From NCBI GenBank assembly GCA_051117555.1, contig JBNPEG010000133.1:1-20081 (forward strand): a stretch of DNA of 20,081 nt. Direction: 5' to 3'. Positions 17,110 through 20,081 of the stretch are shown here, in pieces. Position 1 is the stretch's first letter, and the number at the start of each line of letters is the position of its first letter. Both the position numbers and the translations under genes were made by a program. Source of the stretch: Elainellaceae cyanobacterium. GTDB lineage: Bacteria > Cyanobacteriota > Cyanobacteriia > CAZCXK01. The notes beneath the pieces were generated by a model, which had not been told where the DNA came from, ran no database searches, and worked only from the letters and a program-made list of their open reading frames with translations.

Positions 17110-20081
17110 ATGACATCTAAGTTTTCAACTGATCAGCACGGCATTTCTGACCTCCAACATGACGCCAACTCCAAAGATGAACGTTTTAAGCACGACGTCA
17201 ATGACACAGGTGGTATGGCGAATGTCTCACAGTCCCCACTACGCCGAGAACGCACAGATGCATCTCGGTCACTAGCCGATTCTCCGCTGTCGCCAACGAT
17301 CGATTCATCAGGAGAGTTTGTTTCCCGACATGTGGGTCCGACTCAAGATGATGTGTGCGAGATGCTGGGCGTTTTGGGGTTTGAGACGCTTGATGATCTC
17401 ATCGACCACACTATTCCCGCTGCGATTCGTCTCAAACGCCCGCTCAAATTAGGCACAGGCAAGAGCGAAGTGAATCTACTGGCCGATCTGAGGGCGATCG
17501 CCTCTAAAAATCAGGTGTTTCGCTCATTCATCGGCATGGGGTATCACAACTGCATTACGCCATCCGTCATCCAGCGCAATATTTTAGAAAATCCAGGCTG
17601 GTACACTCAATACACGCCGTATCAACCTGAGATTGCCCAGGGTCGCTTAGAGGCGTTGCTGAACTTTCAGACGATGGTGATTGACTTGACCGGCATGGAT
17701 ATTGCCAATGCCTCCCTTCTGGATGAAGGCACTGCGGCAGCCGAGGCGATGACCATGAGCTATGGGTTGTATAAAGGCAATGCCAACGCATTTTTTGTGT
17801 CTGAGGCGTGTCATCCGCAGACCCTTGCGGTGATCCAAACGCGAGCTAAGCCGCTCAACATTGACGTGATCGTCGGTGACCATCGCACGTTTGATTTTGA
17901 GCAGCCCATTTTTGGGGCGCTGCTCCAATATCCGGCGACTGACGGCTCGATTTGCGACTATCAGGAGTTTATCAACCACGCCCATGAAATCAAATCCCTA
18001 GTGACTGTCGCGGCAGATTTGCTCAGCCTAACGCTGCTAAAGCCACCAGGTGAGTTTGGAGCAGACATTGTCGTAGGCAATTCGCAGCGATTTGGCGTGC
18101 CGTTGGGCTATGGGGGGCCTCATGCTGCTTTCTTTGCCACCAAGATGGACTATAAGCGGCAAATTCCAGGACGATTAGTTGGAGTGTCTAAAGATGCGGT
18201 AGGAAATCCAGCGCTTCGATTAGCGCTTCAAACCCGAGAGCAGCATATCCGGCGCGATCGCGCTACCAGCAACATCTGTACGGCTCAAGTGCTCCTCGCT
18301 ATCATGGCGAGTATGTATGCGGTTTATCACGGACCAGACAAGCTGAAGCGAATTGCAGAACGGGTTCACCATCATGCGATGACGCTGGCAACTCGACTCA
18401 GCAACCTCGGATTTACGCTGGGGTCGCAGCCATTTTTTGATACGCTGCGGGTCGAGGTTGATGATGCTCAGGTCATGATTGAGCGGGCGATCGCCCGCTC
18501 AATCAACCTGCGCCAGCTCGATGGTCATACCGTTTGCATCGCGCTCGATGAAACCACTACTGATTACGATGTTGAGGATTTGGTCGATCTGTTTGAAGGT
18601 GTTGGGGGTGTTAGGGGCGTTAGGGGCGATCGCACTCAGTCTATCCAGCCCGTAGCTAATCAGATTCCGACACCTCTCCAGCGCACAACGCCCTATCTAA
18701 CTCATCCGGTATTTAATTCCTATCACTCTGAAACCGAGATGCTGCGTTACATGCATCGTCTCCAAGGCAAAGATTTGTCGTTGACGACCGCTATGATTCC
18801 ATTGGGGTCATGCACGATGAAGCTCAATGCGACCTCAGAAATGCTGCCCGTTACTTGGTCAGAGTTTGCCAACATTCATCCCTTTGCGCCGTTAGAGCAG
18901 ACGGAAGGCTATCAACGTCTGTTTCGCCAGCTCGAAGATATGCTGTCCGAAATTACTGGATTCGCTGGGATTTCACTCCAGCCTAACGCAGGCTCTCAAG
19001 GCGAATATGCCGGACTGCTCGTGATTCGCAACTACCACCAGCAGAGAGGCGAGGGGCACCGCAATGTCTGTCTGATTCCTGAATCAGCCCATGGCACAAA
19101 CCCCGCAAGTGCTGTCATGGCTGGTATGAAGGTGGTTGTCGTCGGCTGTGACCCTGATGGCAATATTGATCTGGATGACCTCCGCGCTAAAGCAGAAAAA
19201 CACCGAGACAAGCTGGCAGCCTTGATGGTTACTTATCCATCAACGCATGGCGTCTTCGAAGAAGCTATCCAAGACATTTGCGATATTGTCCACGCTCATG
19301 GCGGACAAGTCTATATGGACGGCGCAAACATGAATGCTCAGGTTGGTTTATGTCGTCCGGCGGACTTTGGCGCGGATGTCTGCCACCTTAATTTGCATAA
19401 GACTTTCTGCATCCCCCATGGCGGCGGTGGTCCAGGAGTAGGCCCCATTGGCGTACGAGAACACCTGATTCCTTTCTTGCCGGGGCATCCCTTTGTTGAT
19501 GTGGGAGGTCACCAAGACATCGGCCCTATCGCTGCTGCTCCATGGGGAAGTAGCAGCATCCTTCCCATTTCTTGGATGTATATTGCCCTGATGGGAACAC
19601 AGGGGCTGACCTTCGCGACGCAGGTTGCAATTCTCAATGCCAACTACATCGCCAAACGGCTAGAAAATCACTACACCGTGTTGTATAAGGGCAAGAATGG
19701 GTTAATTGCCCACGAGTGCATTGTCGATACTCGTCCGTTCAAAAAATCAGCCGGTATTGAGGTTAGCGATATCGCCAAACGCTTGATTGACTATGGTTTT
19801 CATCCACCGACTATGTCGTGGCCTGTGATCGGTACGATGATGGTCGAACCCACTGAAAGCGAAGCCAAGCAAGAACTCGATCGCTTTTGTGATGCCATGA
19901 TTGCAATCCGTGAGGAAATTCGCGAGATTGAGGATGGTGAGGCAGATCCAGAGAATAATCTTCTAAAACATGCGCCGCATACGGCTGCGGTGCTGATTTC
20001 AGATCAGTGGGATCGTCCCTATTCTCGCCAACGCGCCGCATATCCCTCTGAGTGGACGCGGCAGCATAAGTTTTGGCCCGC
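17110..20081 (+). CDS. gcvP: Glycine dehydrogenase (decarboxylating), P protein; 3' end beyond the window
   Basis: Frame-1 translation checked by hand at several points: [45 protein letters not shown] motif [19 protein letters not shown] (19381), ending KFWP. Start is ATG 17110 or ATG 17215. Confidence 0.97.
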   Translation, partial: MTSKFSTDQHGISDLQHDANSKDERFKHDVNDTGGMANVSQSPLRRERTDASRSLADSPLSPTIDSSGEFVSRHVGPTQDDVCEMLGVLGFETLDDLIDHTIPAAIRLKRPLKLGTGKSEVNLLADLRAIASKNQVFRSFIGMGYHNCITPSVIQRNILENPGWYTQYTPYQPEIAQGRLEALLNFQTMVIDLTGMDIANASLLDEGTAAAEAMTMSYGLYKGNANAFFVSEACHPQTLAVIQTRAKPLNIDVIVGDHRTFDFEQPIFGALLQYPATDGSICDYQEFINHAHEIKSLVTVAADLLSLTLLKPPGEFGADIVVGNSQRFGVPLGYGGPHAAFFATKMDYKRQIPGRLVGVSKDAVGNPALRLALQTREQHIRRDRATSNICTAQVLLAIMASMYAVYHGPDKLKRIAERVHHHAMTLATRLSNLGFTLGSQPFFDTLRVEVDDAQVMIERAIARSINLRQLDGHTVCIALDETTTDYDVEDLVDLFEGVGGVRGVRGDRTQSIQPVANQIPTPLQRTTPYLTHPVFNSYHSETEMLRYMHRLQGKDLSLTTAMIPLGSCTMKLNATSEMLPVTWSEFANIHPFAPLEQTEGYQRLFRQLEDMLSEITGFAGISLQPNAGSQGEYAGLLVIRNYHQQRGEGHRNVCLIPESAHGTNPASAVMAGMKVVVVGCDPDGNIDLDDLRAKAEKHRDKLAALMVTYPSTHGVFEEAIQDICDIVHAHGGQVYMDGANMNAQVGLCRPADFGADVCHLNLHKTFCIPHGGGGPGVGPIGVREHLIPFLPGHPFVDVGGHQDIGPIAAAPWGSSSILPISWMYIALMGTQGLTFATQVAILNANYIAKRLENHYTVLYKGKNGLIAHECIVDTRPFKKSAGIEVSDIAKRLIDYGFHPPTMSWPVIGTMMVEPTESEAKQELDRFCDAMIAIREEIREIEDGEADPENNLLKHAPHTAAVLISDQWDRPYSRQRAAYPSEWTRQHKFWP
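18601..18627 (+). repeat. In-frame 9-bp tandem repeat in the gcvP inter-domain linker
   Basis: GTTGGGGGT GTTAGGGGC GTTAGGGGC (VGG-VRG-VRG) running into a HIP1 site. Confidence 0.75.

Larger units (their letters stand above)
223..18633. repeat. HIP1 octamer GCGATCGC, dispersed (~22 copies by eye)
   Basis: Seen at about 223, 985, 1924, 2110, 2220, 3905, 4888, 4991, 5260, 5832, 6045, 11913, 12407, 14218, 14251, 14913, 15858, 16805, 17494, 18254, 18487 and 18626. Over-representation is a cyanobacterial hallmark. Confidence 0.92.

Noticed and set aside
17567..20041. Short minus-strand ORFs (74, 112 and 76 aa) and other short overlapping ORFs in the track
   Set aside because: Antisense or out-of-frame shadows of gcvP and other well-supported genes.

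Overview
Cyanobacterial chromosomal window. The assignment rests on psaK and on about 22 copies, counted by eye, of the HIP1 octamer GCGATCGC. Left flank (1-5544): a conserved housekeeping block of M50/CBS site-2 protease, psaK, trpF, folE, a short-chain dehydrogenase and accA. Right flank (16106-end): gcvH and gcvP, the latter running off the window and missing from the ORF track. Between them lies a ~10 kb, AT-richer, partly HIP1-free cluster of 8 genes. It encodes two polytopic GT-C-like membrane proteins, two polyprenol-phosphate-type GT2 enzymes (one fused to a SAM methyltransferase), two stand-alone SAM methyltransferases and a tandem pair of RfbE/Tyv-like NAD-dependent epimerases, the second with Phe replacing the catalytic Tyr. 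I read it as a candidate two-branch lipid-carrier system that decorates the cell surface with methylated or unusual sugars (inference). Intergenic DNA contains two inverted copies of an ~85-bp MITE-like element, a nested mosaic of tiny hairpin elements between gcvH and gcvP, and many short tandem duplications. All assignments come from motif recognition by eye; no database searches were run.
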